A stretch of 64,000 nucleotides of DNA from Candidatus Altimarinota bacterium. Its GTDB lineage: Bacteria; Patescibacteriota; Gracilibacteria; UBA1369; 2-02-FULL-48-14. The notes beneath the pieces are model-generated. The model had not been told where the DNA came from. It saw nothing but the letters and a program-made list of their open reading frames with translations, and made no database searches. Of this stretch, positions 7,122 through 17,507 are shown one piece after another (the first letter of the stretch is position 1; the number at the start of each line of letters is the position of its first letter). The position numbers and the translations under genes were made by a program. The stretch spans positions 83 to 64,082 of the forward strand of contig WFTC01000019.1 in NCBI GenBank assembly GCA_015485665.1, given 5' to 3'.

Positions 7122-7163
7122 GCTTTTATTATAATGTAATTTCTTCCTAAGAATAAGGAAAAG

Positions 7164-7186
7164 AGGGGTCCGCTTCAGAGACCCCT
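7164..7186 (-). terminator. Hairpin AGGGGTC/GACCCCT with a T-rich tail on the minus strand
   Basis: A 7-bp GC-rich stem with a 9-nt loop, followed on the minus strand by CTTTTCCTTATTCTT. It lies downstream of the 7223..7558 gene. Confidence 0.4.
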
Positions 7187-7222
7187 CCGGTGTTCACGCC
7201 TGTGAATGATCCTATCCTAAGT

Positions 7223-7558
7223 TTATTGCTCGGAATGAGGCGCTTGCTTGCCATGGTGTCCTTTGAGACCCTGATTATTTGCTCTTTCTTGAATCATCTT
7301 TACAATTTCTGGGTCTTCGCTGGTTATCTCAATTTGCACCCCATTTTCAAGATCTGTAACTTGGCGATCTATTTCTTCAAAGGGCATCATCATATCAAAA
7401 GGCATCATCATATTTTGATGCATTTCCATATCTTGGCTTTCTTCATCTCCTCCCATAGCGTCTGCAGATACACCTTGAGTAGCCAGACCTGCTCCAAAGC
7501 CTACCACGCCTATGGTTAGAGCTAACAGTCCTGTGCTGAGTGTTTTATTCTTAATCAT
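7223..7558 (-). CDS. Small secreted Met/His-rich protein (possible metal-binding)
   Basis: A signal/TM segment LSTGLLALTIGVVGFGAGLA is followed by MEMHQNMMMPFDMMMPF. I moved the start to internal Met23. Confidence 0.5.
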   Translation of the reverse strand: MIKNKTLSTGLLALTIGVVGFGAGLATQGVSADAMGGDEESQDMEMHQNMMMPFDMMMPFEEIDRQVTDLENGVQIEITSEDPEIVKMIQERANNQGLKGHHGKQAPHSEQ

Positions 7559-7770
7559 TGTTTGAGTGGTTATTGTTAATTTAGGAATCGGATCATCGAC
7601 CGTGGCGTGTGCCTTAATCCGCAAAGATTATCTTCCGTAGATGTGATGTAAGAATGAAAAAGATGTGAAAAATCCGTGAAATTCTATAAATCTCCTAAAT
7701 TTACCTTGAATTTTAGTCTTGGCATTGCTTGCTTAAAAAGAGTAAGTTAGCAGAGAATATATTAGTTTTT

Positions 7771-8463
7771 ATGTCAAAAAGACTTGTTGAAATTGATGCA
7801 CTCCGCGGACTTGCTGTTTTTCTTATGGCTGTGTATCACTTTGCTTTTGATGGATGGTTTATGGGGCTTTGGGATTTGGATTTGAATAATTGGCCTATGT
7901 ATACACTTGGTATGTTTGTAAGATTTGTATTTTTGGGATTGGTTGGAGTGAGTATAGTACTTTCATCCAGAGATTTTGGAGCACAAGTAAAACGTGGTGC
8001 ATATATTTTTGCTTTGGGTATGATTTTGACTATTGGTACGGCAATTATAACTCCGGGTTATACGATTTGGTTTGGCATTTTACACATGATAGGAGTTAGC
8101 ATACCAATTGTAAGTCTTTTCAAAGGAAGACCGCGACTTGCTTTATTTACTGCTCTATTTATTTGGCTTTCCAAATTCTTTATTCAAGGCAAGACTATAA
8201 ACAGCTCCGCTTTGCTTTGGCTTGGAATAAAATATCCAGGGTTTGCAAGTTTGGATTATTTTCCTCTTATTCCTTGGCTTACTGTTCCTCTTGTTGGAAT
8301 TGCCGTTGGACATTATTTATATGGAAAACGCCAAGCTACAAAATTGAAAGTTTTAGCGAAAATCCCCGGACTTACATGGCTTGGACGTCATGCTCTTTTG
8401 GTATATATGATTCATCAGCCGGCAATATTGAGTTTTCTTTATTTGTGGACAAAGATTTTTTAA
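7771..8463 (+). CDS. DUF1624 (heparan-alpha-glucosaminide N-acetyltransferase-like) membrane protein
   Basis: The N-terminal EIDALRGLAVFLMAVYHFAFD motif is present, and the protein is polytopic. The start is at ATG 7771. Confidence 0.6.
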   Translation: MSKRLVEIDALRGLAVFLMAVYHFAFDGWFMGLWDLDLNNWPMYTLGMFVRFVFLGLVGVSIVLSSRDFGAQVKRGAYIFALGMILTIGTAIITPGYTIWFGILHMIGVSIPIVSLFKGRPRLALFTALFIWLSKFFIQGKTINSSALLWLGIKYPGFASLDYFPLIPWLTVPLVGIAVGHYLYGKRQATKLKVLAKIPGLTWLGRHALLVYMIHQPAILSFLYLWTKIF

Positions 8464-8513
8464 GAGTACAAGCACTTGGATTGCAAGTGGAGCTGGTGTA
8501 ATTTGTTGTCGTT

Positions 8514-8960
8514 ATGAAAGCGGTTAAAATCATATATGGAAGTTGTGGGGGAAACACGGAGCTCGTGTGCCTTAAAGTTGCGGATTTGATTCAAGATGCG
8601 GGATATAAAGTCTCCCTTTTGAATGCCAAAATTCAAGTTCCCGATGTTTTTAAAGGAGAAGAGGCACTTATATTGGCGAGTCCAACTTACGGCGTTGGTG
8701 AACTTGAAACTTTTATGGCAAGCCTTTTAAAGGCTGCCGGCGATATGACTTTCGTAGGTAGGCTTTGCGCTGTAATTGCTTTGGGTGATGAAAGGTATCA
8801 TCCGGATTATTACATGGAATCCATGCGCATTTTGGCGCATTGGCTTAAGCAGCGTGGGGCGACTTTTGCGACAGGACCGCTCATGGTTGGTAAGCATCCT
8901 CTTTCTTATTTGGAAACTGCGGTACCTGCGTGGACTGATCGTTTTTTACAAGCACTTTAG
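8514..8960 (+). CDS. Flavodoxin-like protein
   Basis: KIIYGSCGGNTELVCLKVADL matches an FMN phosphate-binding loop, and the size (148 aa) fits. It sits directly upstream of the OFOR genes. Confidence 0.6.
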   Translation: MKAVKIIYGSCGGNTELVCLKVADLIQDAGYKVSLLNAKIQVPDVFKGEEALILASPTYGVGELETFMASLLKAAGDMTFVGRLCAVIALGDERYHPDYYMESMRILAHWLKQRGATFATGPLMVGKHPLSYLETAVPAWTDRFLQAL

Positions 8961-8963
8961 TAT

Positions 8964-10685
8964 ATGAAAAGACTTTGCATTAAAATTGTTGGAGCAAGCG
9001 GAACAGGTCTTTTGAGTACCGGAGATATACTCACGAGAGCTCTGGCAAGTCTAGGCTTTAATCTTGTTTCTGATAGAGAATTCCCTTCCTTAATTAAAGG
9101 TGGACACTCAGTTTACACTCTTAATGTGAGTGAAGATTCAATTTATTCATTGTCTAGACAAGCAGATATTATTGTGGCTTTGGATAAAGAAGGAATGGAG
9201 GTGTATAAAGATCATTTAAAAGATGGTGGTATTTTATTGCACGCCTATGAGCGTTTTGGTGGAATTAAAGATTTGATTGAAGAATTTCAATCTCGTAATG
9301 TTAATGTTATAAGTGTGCCTGGACGAAAAACACTTCAGGAGATTGGAGCTAATCATTTAATGGTGAATGTTTTATTGATTGCCATGCTTTGGAAAGTTTT
9401 GGATTATGATTATGAATATGTGGAGGCTGCAATTAAAGAAAAATTTTCATCCAAGCCAAAACTGCTTGAGATAGATTTGATTGTTTTGAAAAAGGGTTGG
9501 GATCTGGCAGATAAGAAACTTGATTTTTCAAAACCCAAAAAGCCGTCTGCAAGACGCTTCATTAACGGTAATCGTGCAATTACACTTGGAGCAATTCATG
9601 CCGGATGCAGGGCTTATTATGCTTATCCAATGAGTCCGTCAAGCAGTATTTTGACATACATGGCGGAACTGGCTTCAAAAACAGGCATGCTTGTTAAGCA
9701 GGCGGAAGATGAAATTACTGCGGCTCAGCTGACAATAGGCTCAATGTATATGGGTGCCCGTGCCATGACAGCCACTTCAGGTGGTGGGTTTGATTTAATG
9801 ACGGAATCTCTTTCGCTTGTCGGAATGATTGAAGTACCTTTTGTTTGCGTTATTGCACAGCGTCCCGGTCCGGCAACAGGTTTGCCTACTTGGACCGGAC
9901 AAGGTGATTTTCATTTGGCGAAATATGCGGGACATGGAGAATATGCTCGTTTGGTGATTGGAGTTAGTAATGCTCAAGATGCTTTTGATCTTATTCAGCA
10001 TGCTTTTAATTATGCCGAACTTTATCAAATACCCGTTATTGTTTTGACAGACAAACAAATTGCGGAAAGTTTATGGACAATAGAGGACTTTCAAGAAAAA
10101 GCGATTCCTATTGAGCGTGGGCTGGTAAGTGGAGAGGGGCTTGTTTCATCGGATAGGTATAAAATTACAAATAACGGAGTGTCTAAACGGTGGATTCCGG
10201 GTGATGGTCCGGCTTATTATTTTGCAAATGGAGATGAGCACTTGGAAGACGGCAGTTTAACTGAAGATGCAGAGCCGGCAAAAGCCATGATTGCCAAGCG
10301 AATAAGGAAAAAGGAAAGCTTGTTGCAAGCGATTGAAGAGCCTGTGATTTATGGAGAAGAGATTGCAGATATTTCTTTTCTTGGATGGGGGAGCAGCTTG
10401 AATGTGATGCTTGATGTGATTGCTGATTTTGCCGAGCGTGGAGTGAAGGTGAATTATTTGCATTATCGTTATTTATTTCCACTTAAAAAGGGTAAATTGA
10501 ATAATTTTTTCACAAAAAATAAATCCGTTCATTTGATTGAAGGAAATTATACCGGACAGTTCGGACAAGACATTGAGGCGTGTGGACATGAATTTGCCGG
10601 AAAGCTTTTAAAGTGGAACGGAAGAGCTTTTTTTATTGAAGATGTGATTGAATACATAGATCAAAATTTAAATAAAAACTTATGA
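8964..10685 (+). CDS. 2-oxoacid:ferredoxin oxidoreductase, fused gamma-alpha subunit
   Basis: The N-terminus is a gamma-like domain (IKIVGASGTGLLSTGD), followed by an alpha domain (AYPMSPSS, TSGGGFDLM). Confidence 0.85.
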   Translation: MKRLCIKIVGASGTGLLSTGDILTRALASLGFNLVSDREFPSLIKGGHSVYTLNVSEDSIYSLSRQADIIVALDKEGMEVYKDHLKDGGILLHAYERFGGIKDLIEEFQSRNVNVISVPGRKTLQEIGANHLMVNVLLIAMLWKVLDYDYEYVEAAIKEKFSSKPKLLEIDLIVLKKGWDLADKKLDFSKPKKPSARRFINGNRAITLGAIHAGCRAYYAYPMSPSSSILTYMAELASKTGMLVKQAEDEITAAQLTIGSMYMGARAMTATSGGGFDLMTESLSLVGMIEVPFVCVIAQRPGPATGLPTWTGQGDFHLAKYAGHGEYARLVIGVSNAQDAFDLIQHAFNYAELYQIPVIVLTDKQIAESLWTIEDFQEKAIPIERGLVSGEGLVSSDRYKITNNGVSKRWIPGDGPAYYFANGDEHLEDGSLTEDAEPAKAMIAKRIRKKESLLQAIEEPVIYGEEIADISFLGWGSSLNVMLDVIADFAERGVKVNYLHYRYLFPLKKGKLNNFFTKNKSVHLIEGNYTGQFGQDIEACGHEFAGKLLKWNGRAFFIEDVIEYIDQNLNKNL

Positions 10686-11569
10686 ACCTTCCACTTTTGA
10701 ATAATCTTTCAATTTACGAAGAAAGAGTCCGATCTCTTCAGACGAATAATGTGCTGACATGGTGCAGCGGATGTGGAAATTATGGAATTTTGAATGCTGT
10801 AACGCACGCCATGGCACTTGAAAACATAGGCGTTGAAGATGCAATTCTTTGTTTTGATGTTGGTTGTAACGGAAATGCTTCGCACAATATTCAAGCTTAC
10901 ACAATTCATGGGCTACATGGACGGGTTTTAAGTTTGGCAGCTGGAATTAAGATTGCCGATCCAACAAAAACGATTATCGCATTCGGTGGGGATGGCGCCA
11001 CTTTTAGTGAAGGAGTAAATCATTTCGTTCATTCTGTACGAAACAATTTTCCAATTGTATTTATATTTCATAACAATGAGAATTACGGTCTTACAACAGG
11101 GCAGCCTTCAGCTACCACTCCATGCGGTGCAAAAATGAACGCAGCTCCGGATGGGGTAAGCACGCAGCCAATCAATCCTTTGCAATTTGCTCTTAGTCTC
11201 AATCCAAGTTTCGTTGCAAGAACTTACTCTGGTAATGCACAGCACATGACAGCCACTATACAAAAAGGTATGCAGCATAAAGGCTTTGCTTTTATAGAAG
11301 TGTTGCAGGCTTGCCCAACTTACAACAAAGAAACGCCGGATGAATGGTACGCAGCTCATGTAAAAGACATAGTTGAGCATCCGAATTATGATAACCGTGA
11401 CATTTGGGACGCCAGACGTATTGTGGAGGATTTAAATGACACTTTTTATATCGGAGTTTTATATCAAAATACTGACTTACCGGATTTTCTTTCAGTGCAA
11501 CTTAGCAGAGAGGGGAAACTTCGTTTGGTGGATGAAGTGGAGCATGTTAGCATAAATAATTTTTATTGA
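10682..11569 (+). CDS. 2-oxoacid:ferredoxin oxidoreductase, beta (TPP-binding) subunit
   Basis: It contains WCSGCGNYGI and GGDGATFSEG...NNENYGLTTGQ. It overlaps the alpha gene by 4 nt. Confidence 0.85.
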   Translation: MNLPLLNNLSIYEERVRSLQTNNVLTWCSGCGNYGILNAVTHAMALENIGVEDAILCFDVGCNGNASHNIQAYTIHGLHGRVLSLAAGIKIADPTKTIIAFGGDGATFSEGVNHFVHSVRNNFPIVFIFHNNENYGLTTGQPSATTPCGAKMNAAPDGVSTQPINPLQFALSLNPSFVARTYSGNAQHMTATIQKGMQHKGFAFIEVLQACPTYNKETPDEWYAAHVKDIVEHPNYDNRDIWDARRIVEDLNDTFYIGVLYQNTDLPDFLSVQLSREGKLRLVDEVEHVSINNFY

Positions 11570-11630
11570 AATTTTTGATAGCGAACTATGGTCTTCAGAG
11601 CTTTTTTGTGTTAGATTGTCGCCGACTTAA

Positions 11631-13301
11631 ATGAACACTATGAAACGATCTTTTCCACTTCCGCTTGCTTTCTTGCTGGCTGCTTCTTTGTTGTTAAATG
11701 CTTGTTCCAGTCAAGTAGACTTGGGGAAGCAGGTCAGTAATGAAGGTTTAATACCTGAAGCTTTCATTCCGGCGGATACCGGTCTTTTCTTCTCATATTC
11801 TTTGCGTGATGATAATCAATATGAGGCTGTGCAAGTCTTGGAGGAAAAGTTGGGTGAGGACATTGAAATTTCAGACCTTTTCACTCAGCAATTAGATGCT
11901 AGGTATGAAATGGACGGTGTGAGCTACATTGAAGATATTCTTCCAGCACTTGGTGAGCGTTTCAGGGCTTTTTCTGCTTCCAGAGAAGGTAGAGAAAATG
12001 CGGATGTTTTTACTGTGCTTACTCTTGAAAATCCTGATAAAATGAGAGATGTGTTTGATGCTTTGATTGAGCAGTCTTTTATTGAGGAAAAAAAGCTGAG
12101 CAATAATGATGCTTATGTAAATGAAGAAAATGACTTTTACGCTTCAATTTATAAAGATTTACTTTTCATTGCGAATAAGCCAGAGGCTTTGGTTGAGATG
12201 ATTGGCATTAAAGAAAAAGATAGTTTGTGGGAGAATGAAACTTTTAAAAGTCTGATGGAAGATGTGGGATCAGATTATTTGTTTTTCGGTGGCATTTTCC
12301 CATCAATGATTCAGGAAGATATTGATTTGCCTGCCGGTTTGGGGCTTGGCAGTATTTCAGAGCTGATTGACAGACAGTTTCTTGTTCTTCGTGCTGAAGA
12401 AGAAGGACTGCGTTTTGATGCTTATGTCATAGCTGATGAAGATGCAGCTAGAGAAGCTGATGTTTCTTTTGATGTTATACCAAGAGAAGATGCTTATTTA
12501 ATGCGAAATGTGCCTGCCGGCGGATTAATGGCATATTTTGAATCTTACGGATTGCAGCAAAGTTTTGCAGAGGCGAATGCCGTTGGTGGAAATGCTGCCA
12601 ATATGGAGCAATTTACGAGCTTTATTCAAAATTATTTCGGAATGGATTTTCAAGATGAAATTTTAAGTTTCATGGATAAAGGCTTTCTTTTTGCAATTCA
12701 TAAAAATGCTAAAGGTGTTGCGCCCGGATTCAGTATTATGTTTGATGCTTCTTCAAATACCGATTTGGCGGATGAATTTTTGAATAAATTAGATGGACAG
12801 TTAGCATCTTTACAATTGCTCTTTGAGCAGAGTTTGCCGGGAGCGATAGTAAAGAGCGATGTTGAAATTATGGGATCAACTCTTGCCAAGATTAAAGTTG
12901 ATATGAATGCGATTTCAGAAAATGAAAATTATGATTCTTTGCCACAAATGCTTAAAGATAGTGAAATTCAATTAATCTATGGCATGGTGGATGACATGAT
13001 GCTTATAAGTACGGCAAGCATATGGGAAGAAGAAAGTGATCTTAGTGTTTATGACAGTGAGCTTTATCAAATGTTAAATGGGAAATTGGAAGATGTAGAT
13101 CAAGGACTCTTTTTAGTAGACACGCAAAGTATATCTGATTTCTTTGCTTCTCTTAGAGCTTTACGTGATCAGTTGGGGCTTGATAACAGTGAAATCATTT
13201 TGACTGCAGAGGATATTCTTCAAGGATTTAAAGGGTTTATAGCCTCAGGCAAAACTGAGACTTATGAGTCTCATATTGCAGGCTATCTCATGATTGATTA
13301 A
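11631..13301 (+). CDS. Hypothetical lipoprotein
   Basis: It has a signal peptide with lipobox LLNAC. The protein is acidic (556 aa), and I recognise no domain. Confidence 0.55.
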   Translation: MNTMKRSFPLPLAFLLAASLLLNACSSQVDLGKQVSNEGLIPEAFIPADTGLFFSYSLRDDNQYEAVQVLEEKLGEDIEISDLFTQQLDARYEMDGVSYIEDILPALGERFRAFSASREGRENADVFTVLTLENPDKMRDVFDALIEQSFIEEKKLSNNDAYVNEENDFYASIYKDLLFIANKPEALVEMIGIKEKDSLWENETFKSLMEDVGSDYLFFGGIFPSMIQEDIDLPAGLGLGSISELIDRQFLVLRAEEEGLRFDAYVIADEDAAREADVSFDVIPREDAYLMRNVPAGGLMAYFESYGLQQSFAEANAVGGNAANMEQFTSFIQNYFGMDFQDEILSFMDKGFLFAIHKNAKGVAPGFSIMFDASSNTDLADEFLNKLDGQLASLQLLFEQSLPGAIVKSDVEIMGSTLAKIKVDMNAISENENYDSLPQMLKDSEIQLIYGMVDDMMLISTASIWEEESDLSVYDSELYQMLNGKLEDVDQGLFLVDTQSISDFFASLRALRDQLGLDNSEIILTAEDILQGFKGFIASGKTETYESHIAGYLMID

Positions 13302-14291
13302 ATGCACCAAACTTTAATTGCTGTTCTGAGTTATAAAGATCTTCACTATCTTAGGCACAGCTTGAAGGTAGTGGAGTCTTTGCGAAAGAATTTGCCTGCG
13401 GATGTGGTGCTTTTGGATGCGGCACATGATGATGAGTTGCGTAGTTTTATCAAAAAAAAATATCCAAAATTTAATTATTTACGCCATCAAGATGGGAATA
13501 TAGGATATGCTAAAGCATATAATGAAATGTTGCGCTTAAATCCCGGTCATGATTTTTGTTTGATTTATACCAGTGATGTTATTTTGGATGAACAATGTGT
13601 TAAAACTTATTTGGAACGTATGCAAGCAGATCCAAGCCTTATGATGTGTGCAGGTAAAATGCATTATTGGGATTTTAAAAATAACAAGAAAACCAAGATT
13701 ATTGATACCCTTGGAATTATGGCGCAAAAGCGACATCATTTTTATGAATTGGGAAGCGGTGAAGAAGATAAAGGTCAATATGATGGTGATTTAGAATGTA
13801 TTTTTGGCATAAGCGGAGCTGCTTTTTTATTTAGAACGCAGATCTGTTTTGATCTTTATAAAAAAGCTCATCAAATATTTGATGAGCGTATGTGGATGTA
13901 TAAAGAAGATATTGACTTGGCATACAGGATGAGGTGGCTTGGTGCCAAAATTCGTATTTTTCCCGAGGTTTGGGGCTGGCATTCACGAACAATGTCCAAT
14001 TGCTTTGGTCATGGCATAGCGGATTTGCTTGCCGCAGACCGTAATAAACCGGATTATGGCAGAAAACATTCTTATAAGAATCATATTTTAATGTTAAAAA
14101 ATCATTTAAGCTTTAGTCTGGGTTTAGGACTTATATTGCAAGTTTTTCTCTATGAAACTATGAAAGGAATTTTTATTTTCTTGCGTCATCCAAAAGTGTT
14201 TTTTGCAGGCATGAGAACCTTGCTTTTTGTTCCGGCAAGGCGTAGTGATAAAAAAGCCTCTCCGAACAAGATTCGTAACTTTTTCTTTTAA
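13302..14291 (+). CDS. Glycosyltransferase family 2
   Basis: The N-terminal GT-A fold pattern is present (VLSYKD...LLDAAHDD...YAKAYNEM, then DVILD and a YKEDIDL-like ED motif). Confidence 0.7.
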   Translation: MHQTLIAVLSYKDLHYLRHSLKVVESLRKNLPADVVLLDAAHDDELRSFIKKKYPKFNYLRHQDGNIGYAKAYNEMLRLNPGHDFCLIYTSDVILDEQCVKTYLERMQADPSLMMCAGKMHYWDFKNNKKTKIIDTLGIMAQKRHHFYELGSGEEDKGQYDGDLECIFGISGAAFLFRTQICFDLYKKAHQIFDERMWMYKEDIDLAYRMRWLGAKIRIFPEVWGWHSRTMSNCFGHGIADLLAADRNKPDYGRKHSYKNHILMLKNHLSFSLGLGLILQVFLYETMKGIFIFLRHPKVFFAGMRTLLFVPARRSDKKASPNKIRNFFF

Positions 14292-15106
14292 TGGAATTGT
14301 CTATTGTTATTTTGCATCATGGTAATCCAAATGTAGCTTCTGGAACATTGCGGGCTCTAAGCGCTGCGATTTTGCCTGAACAAACTGAGGTTTTCCTTGT
14401 AAATAATGGAGAAAAGGGAATGAATGATGTAATTGATTTTGATGCGAATGGAAAATTCGACCTATATCCTATTGAAATAGCAAACAAAGGCTATCCTCAT
14501 GGCAATAACCATGCTTTGAAAATGTGCAAAGGAAAATATTTATGTATTTTGACAGACGTTGAAGTGGAGAGAGATACATTTCCCATACTTTTGGATTATT
14601 TGAATAAAAATCCGCATGTTGGCATTGCTGCTCCTCGTTTGCTATACCCCAGAGGTGTGATTCAAGATAATTTTAGAGTATTTCCTCGTTGGTATGATTT
14701 AATAATTAAGCGAACAGTATTGAGGCGATTCTTTAAATCAAGAATGCGTTTGTATTTAATGTGGGATAAAGATCCATATGTTTCCGAAGCTGTGGATTGG
14801 CTTACGGGAGCAATGCAGGTTTTCAGGCGTGAATGTTGGGAGAAAATCGGACCGAAAGATGAGAGGTATTTTTTATTTATGTCTGATGTGGATATTTGTC
14901 GTTCCGCTTGGGAATGTGGCTTTGAAGTGCATTTTGTGGGAGAGGCTCAAGCCAAGCACGGTGAATCTAGGTTGTCAGGGGGAAGTGTTGCGGATTTTTT
15001 CAAAAAAAAGGCTGTGCGAATTCATATTACTGATGCTCTGAAATATTTTTTGAAGTACTCTTGTAAAGATTTACCGGAGAAAGCTCCAAGCCGCAATAAT
15101 CATTAG
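14291..15106 (+). CDS. Glycosyltransferase family 2
   Basis: It contains LSIVILHHGN...VNNGE...GYPHGNNHAL and MSDVDICRS. The start overlaps the upstream stop. Confidence 0.7.
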   Translation: MELSIVILHHGNPNVASGTLRALSAAILPEQTEVFLVNNGEKGMNDVIDFDANGKFDLYPIEIANKGYPHGNNHALKMCKGKYLCILTDVEVERDTFPILLDYLNKNPHVGIAAPRLLYPRGVIQDNFRVFPRWYDLIIKRTVLRRFFKSRMRLYLMWDKDPYVSEAVDWLTGAMQVFRRECWEKIGPKDERYFLFMSDVDICRSAWECGFEVHFVGEAQAKHGESRLSGGSVADFFKKKAVRIHITDALKYFLKYSCKDLPEKAPSRNNH

Positions 15107-15160
15107 TCAAAGCGCATCAGTTGCAAAAATTTTTAGCCTTGGATACAATGCCTTGGCTTT

Positions 15161-15234
15161 AGGGCCATCGTATAGTGGTAGTACAGGGGTCTCCAAAACC
15201 TCTAGCGCGGGTTCGATTCCTGCTGGCCCTGCCA
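15161..15234 (+). tRNA. tRNA-Trp (anticodon CCA), CCA encoded
   Basis: AGGGCCATCGTATAGTGGTAGTACAGGGGTCTCCAAAACCTCTAGCGCGGGTTCGATTCCTGCTGGCCCTGCCA, cloverleaf folded by hand. Confidence 0.9.
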
Positions 15235-15257
15235 TTTCTTTTAATATGGTCTTCAAT

Positions 15258-15671
15258 CTAAACCTTAAAAGGGTTGTAGCTAAAGAAAAACATCCACCAT
15301 TTTTTAGGGTTTGACCAAGAATTACGGATTTGTTCATTTATTTTTGCCATGTCTTCACCTTCTGTCAAGATGATGAATTCTTCGTCTGGAATTATAATTA
15401 CTTGTTCTCCTGGATTTATAAGTCCCAAATTCGTTTTTGCAACTTTCTCAATATATTCTTGAGATGTGTAATATTGAAAATCCTCAAGTTTTTTCCGGTT
15501 TTCTTTACGTAACTCTTCATTTCTGGATTCAAATTCGGCAATATGTTGTTCTATTTGGTAGTTGTCGTAAATTGATACTGTCAGGCTATAAAGCATGTAT
15601 ACAACCAGTAGGCAGCCAACAATCAATACAACACGCATGGCTCCAAATTCTTCTACATTGTAGCGGTTCAT
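15258..15671 (-). CDS. Septum formation initiator family protein (FtsB/DivIC-like)
   Basis: A single N-terminal TM segment is followed by a coiled coil (IEQHIAEFESRNEELRKENRKKLED) and then YIEKVAKTNLGLINPGE. Confidence 0.6.
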   Translation of the reverse strand: MNRYNVEEFGAMRVVLIVGCLLVVYMLYSLTVSIYDNYQIEQHIAEFESRNEELRKENRKKLEDFQYYTSQEYIEKVAKTNLGLINPGEQVIIIPDEEFIILTEGEDMAKINEQIRNSWSNPKKWWMFFFSYNPFKV

Positions 15672-15711
15672 GTTTTCTTGCTAAAATCACGTAGCTATAT
15701 AATACGGATTC

Positions 15712-16929
15712 ATGTCGGTTTTCAAAGAGATAAATCATATACATTGCATTGGCATAGGTGGAATTGGTTTGAGCGCCTTGGCTCGCTTTTTTTTAAGTGA
15801 AGGAAAGATAGTGAGCGGTTCGGATTTACATGATAGTCGTATTATTCAGGAGTTAATTAAAGAAGGAGCGGCGGTTCAAATTGGGCATGGAGTATTGCCA
15901 GAAAATGTTCAAGCTGTAGTGTATAGTGAAGCTATTTCTAAAGATAATCCAGAGAGGCTTGAAGCTTCTGGGTTACTTTGCATGAATTATTTTGATGCTT
16001 TGGGTGAAATTTCCAAAGCTTATACGGTTTTGGCTGTGGCTGGTAGTCACGGTAAAACAACAAGTACAGCTATGTTGGGTTTTTTATTGCAAGAGTATGG
16101 TTTGGATCCCACTGTTTTGCTTGGCAGTACTGTTCCTCAGTTTGGAAATAAGAATTTTCGTAAAGGACAAAGTAAATACTTGGTTCTTGAAGCTTGTGAG
16201 TATAGGCGTAATTTTCTATCTTTACATCCGGATATTCTTGGCATCACAAATATTGAATTTGAGCATCCAGATTACTTTAAAGATGAAGCGGATTATAAAA
16301 GGGCTTTTAAAGAGCTGGAGGCTCAATCAGGAAGAGTGGTTAAGCTCATGGAGTACAAAGGCATATTGAAAATTCCGGGGGAACATAACATGCAAAATGC
16401 GGCTTTGGCGGCATCTATGGCACATGCTATTGGGATTGAAGACTTTTCTCCGCTTGAGCGCTTTGAAGGAACGGAGCGGCGTTTCCAATATAGAGGAAAT
16501 TGGAAGGGTGCACATGTGATTGACGATTATGCTCATCATCCCACAGAAATTCAAGTTACGATTGAAACTGCACGCCATGAGCATCCTAAAAAAAGGATCA
16601 TAGCTGTATTTCAAGCTCACCAACACAGCAGAACACGTGTTTTTTTGGATGAATTTATCAAAGCTTTAAGTCTTGCAGATATGGTTATTATTCCGAATAT
16701 TTATGCTACAAGAGATTCCGCTGAAGATAAATCCGCTATTTCCTCTGAAGATTTTGCCAATGCACTTAGTTCCGCCAGTATTGAAGTTGCATACACCGCT
16801 TCATTGTCTGATACTACAGTCTTTCTTGATCAAAACCTCAGTGAAGAAGATCTTTTATTGGTTATGGGAGCCGGAGATGTTAATAAGATTTTACCTAAGT
16901 CAATGACAGTTCATGCTAAAATGGGGTGA
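15712..16929 (+). CDS. murC: UDP-N-acetylmuramate--L-alanine ligase
   Basis: It contains HCIGIGGIGLSALARFF, VAGSHGKTTSTAML and DDYAHHPTEI. Confidence 0.9.
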   Translation: MSVFKEINHIHCIGIGGIGLSALARFFLSEGKIVSGSDLHDSRIIQELIKEGAAVQIGHGVLPENVQAVVYSEAISKDNPERLEASGLLCMNYFDALGEISKAYTVLAVAGSHGKTTSTAMLGFLLQEYGLDPTVLLGSTVPQFGNKNFRKGQSKYLVLEACEYRRNFLSLHPDILGITNIEFEHPDYFKDEADYKRAFKELEAQSGRVVKLMEYKGILKIPGEHNMQNAALAASMAHAIGIEDFSPLERFEGTERRFQYRGNWKGAHVIDDYAHHPTEIQVTIETARHEHPKKRIIAVFQAHQHSRTRVFLDEFIKALSLADMVIIPNIYATRDSAEDKSAISSEDFANALSSASIEVAYTASLSDTTVFLDQNLSEEDLLLVMGAGDVNKILPKSMTVHAKMG

Positions 16930-16999
16930 GTGATGGGATTTGAACCCACGGCCTCCAGGGCCACAACCTAGCGCTCTAACCAACTGAGCTACACCCACC
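16922..16999 (-). tRNA. tRNA-His (anticodon GTG) with encoded G-1 and CCA
   Basis: Reverse complement: G-GTGGGTGTAGCTCAGTTGGTTAGAGCGCTAGGTTGTGGCCCTGGAGGCCGTGGGTTCAAATCCCATCACTCACCCCA. Its 3' end overlaps the murC stop by 8 nt on the opposite strand. Confidence 0.9.
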
Positions 17000-17069
17000 A
17001 CGTCTTTTAGCGGATGGATTGTAGGATTTTTTCTTTAAAAGAGCAACCTAAAGTGATATTCTTTTACTG

Positions 17070-17507
17070 ATGAATAAGACTCTTAAACATTATATTTTAC
17101 TGGTGACTCTCAATGTTTTTGTTTTGCCTATTACTTTGTATTTAGTGTTTATGCATTACAAGCCTGAAGCCAGTGAATTTTGCACTTTGGGAGATCGTTT
17201 TAATTGCGATATTGTAAATAAAAGCATTTATGCTGATTTTTTGGGCATGCCGGTAGCGATTTTAGGTGTAATTACTTATTTTTTGCTTCTTATTTTTGCA
17301 ATTCGCGGCAAATATAAAGAACAGAAAAAATTATTGCCTTATGTTTTGATTTTTGTATTTTTAGGATTTCTTTTCTCATTGAGATTGACATATATTGAAG
17401 CTTTCGTGCTGCGCACATGGTGTTTGCTTTGTGTAATTCAACAATTTGTGATTTTATTTGAATTAATAGTACTTATTCATCTTTGGAATATAACTCAAAA
17501 ATCATGA
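17070..17507 (+). CDS. Vitamin K epoxide reductase (VKOR) family membrane protein
   Basis: Cysteine pairs are present (CTLGDRFNCD and a CLLC motif), with four TM segments. Confidence 0.75.
   Translation: MNKTLKHYILLVTLNVFVLPITLYLVFMHYKPEASEFCTLGDRFNCDIVNKSIYADFLGMPVAILGVITYFLLLIFAIRGKYKEQKKLLPYVLIFVFLGFLFSLRLTYIEAFVLRTWCLLCVIQQFVILFELIVLIHLWNITQKS

Noticed and set aside
15107-15337. 76-aa minus-strand ORF
   Set aside because: It overlaps tRNA-Trp in antisense and the ftsB-like gene end. No support.
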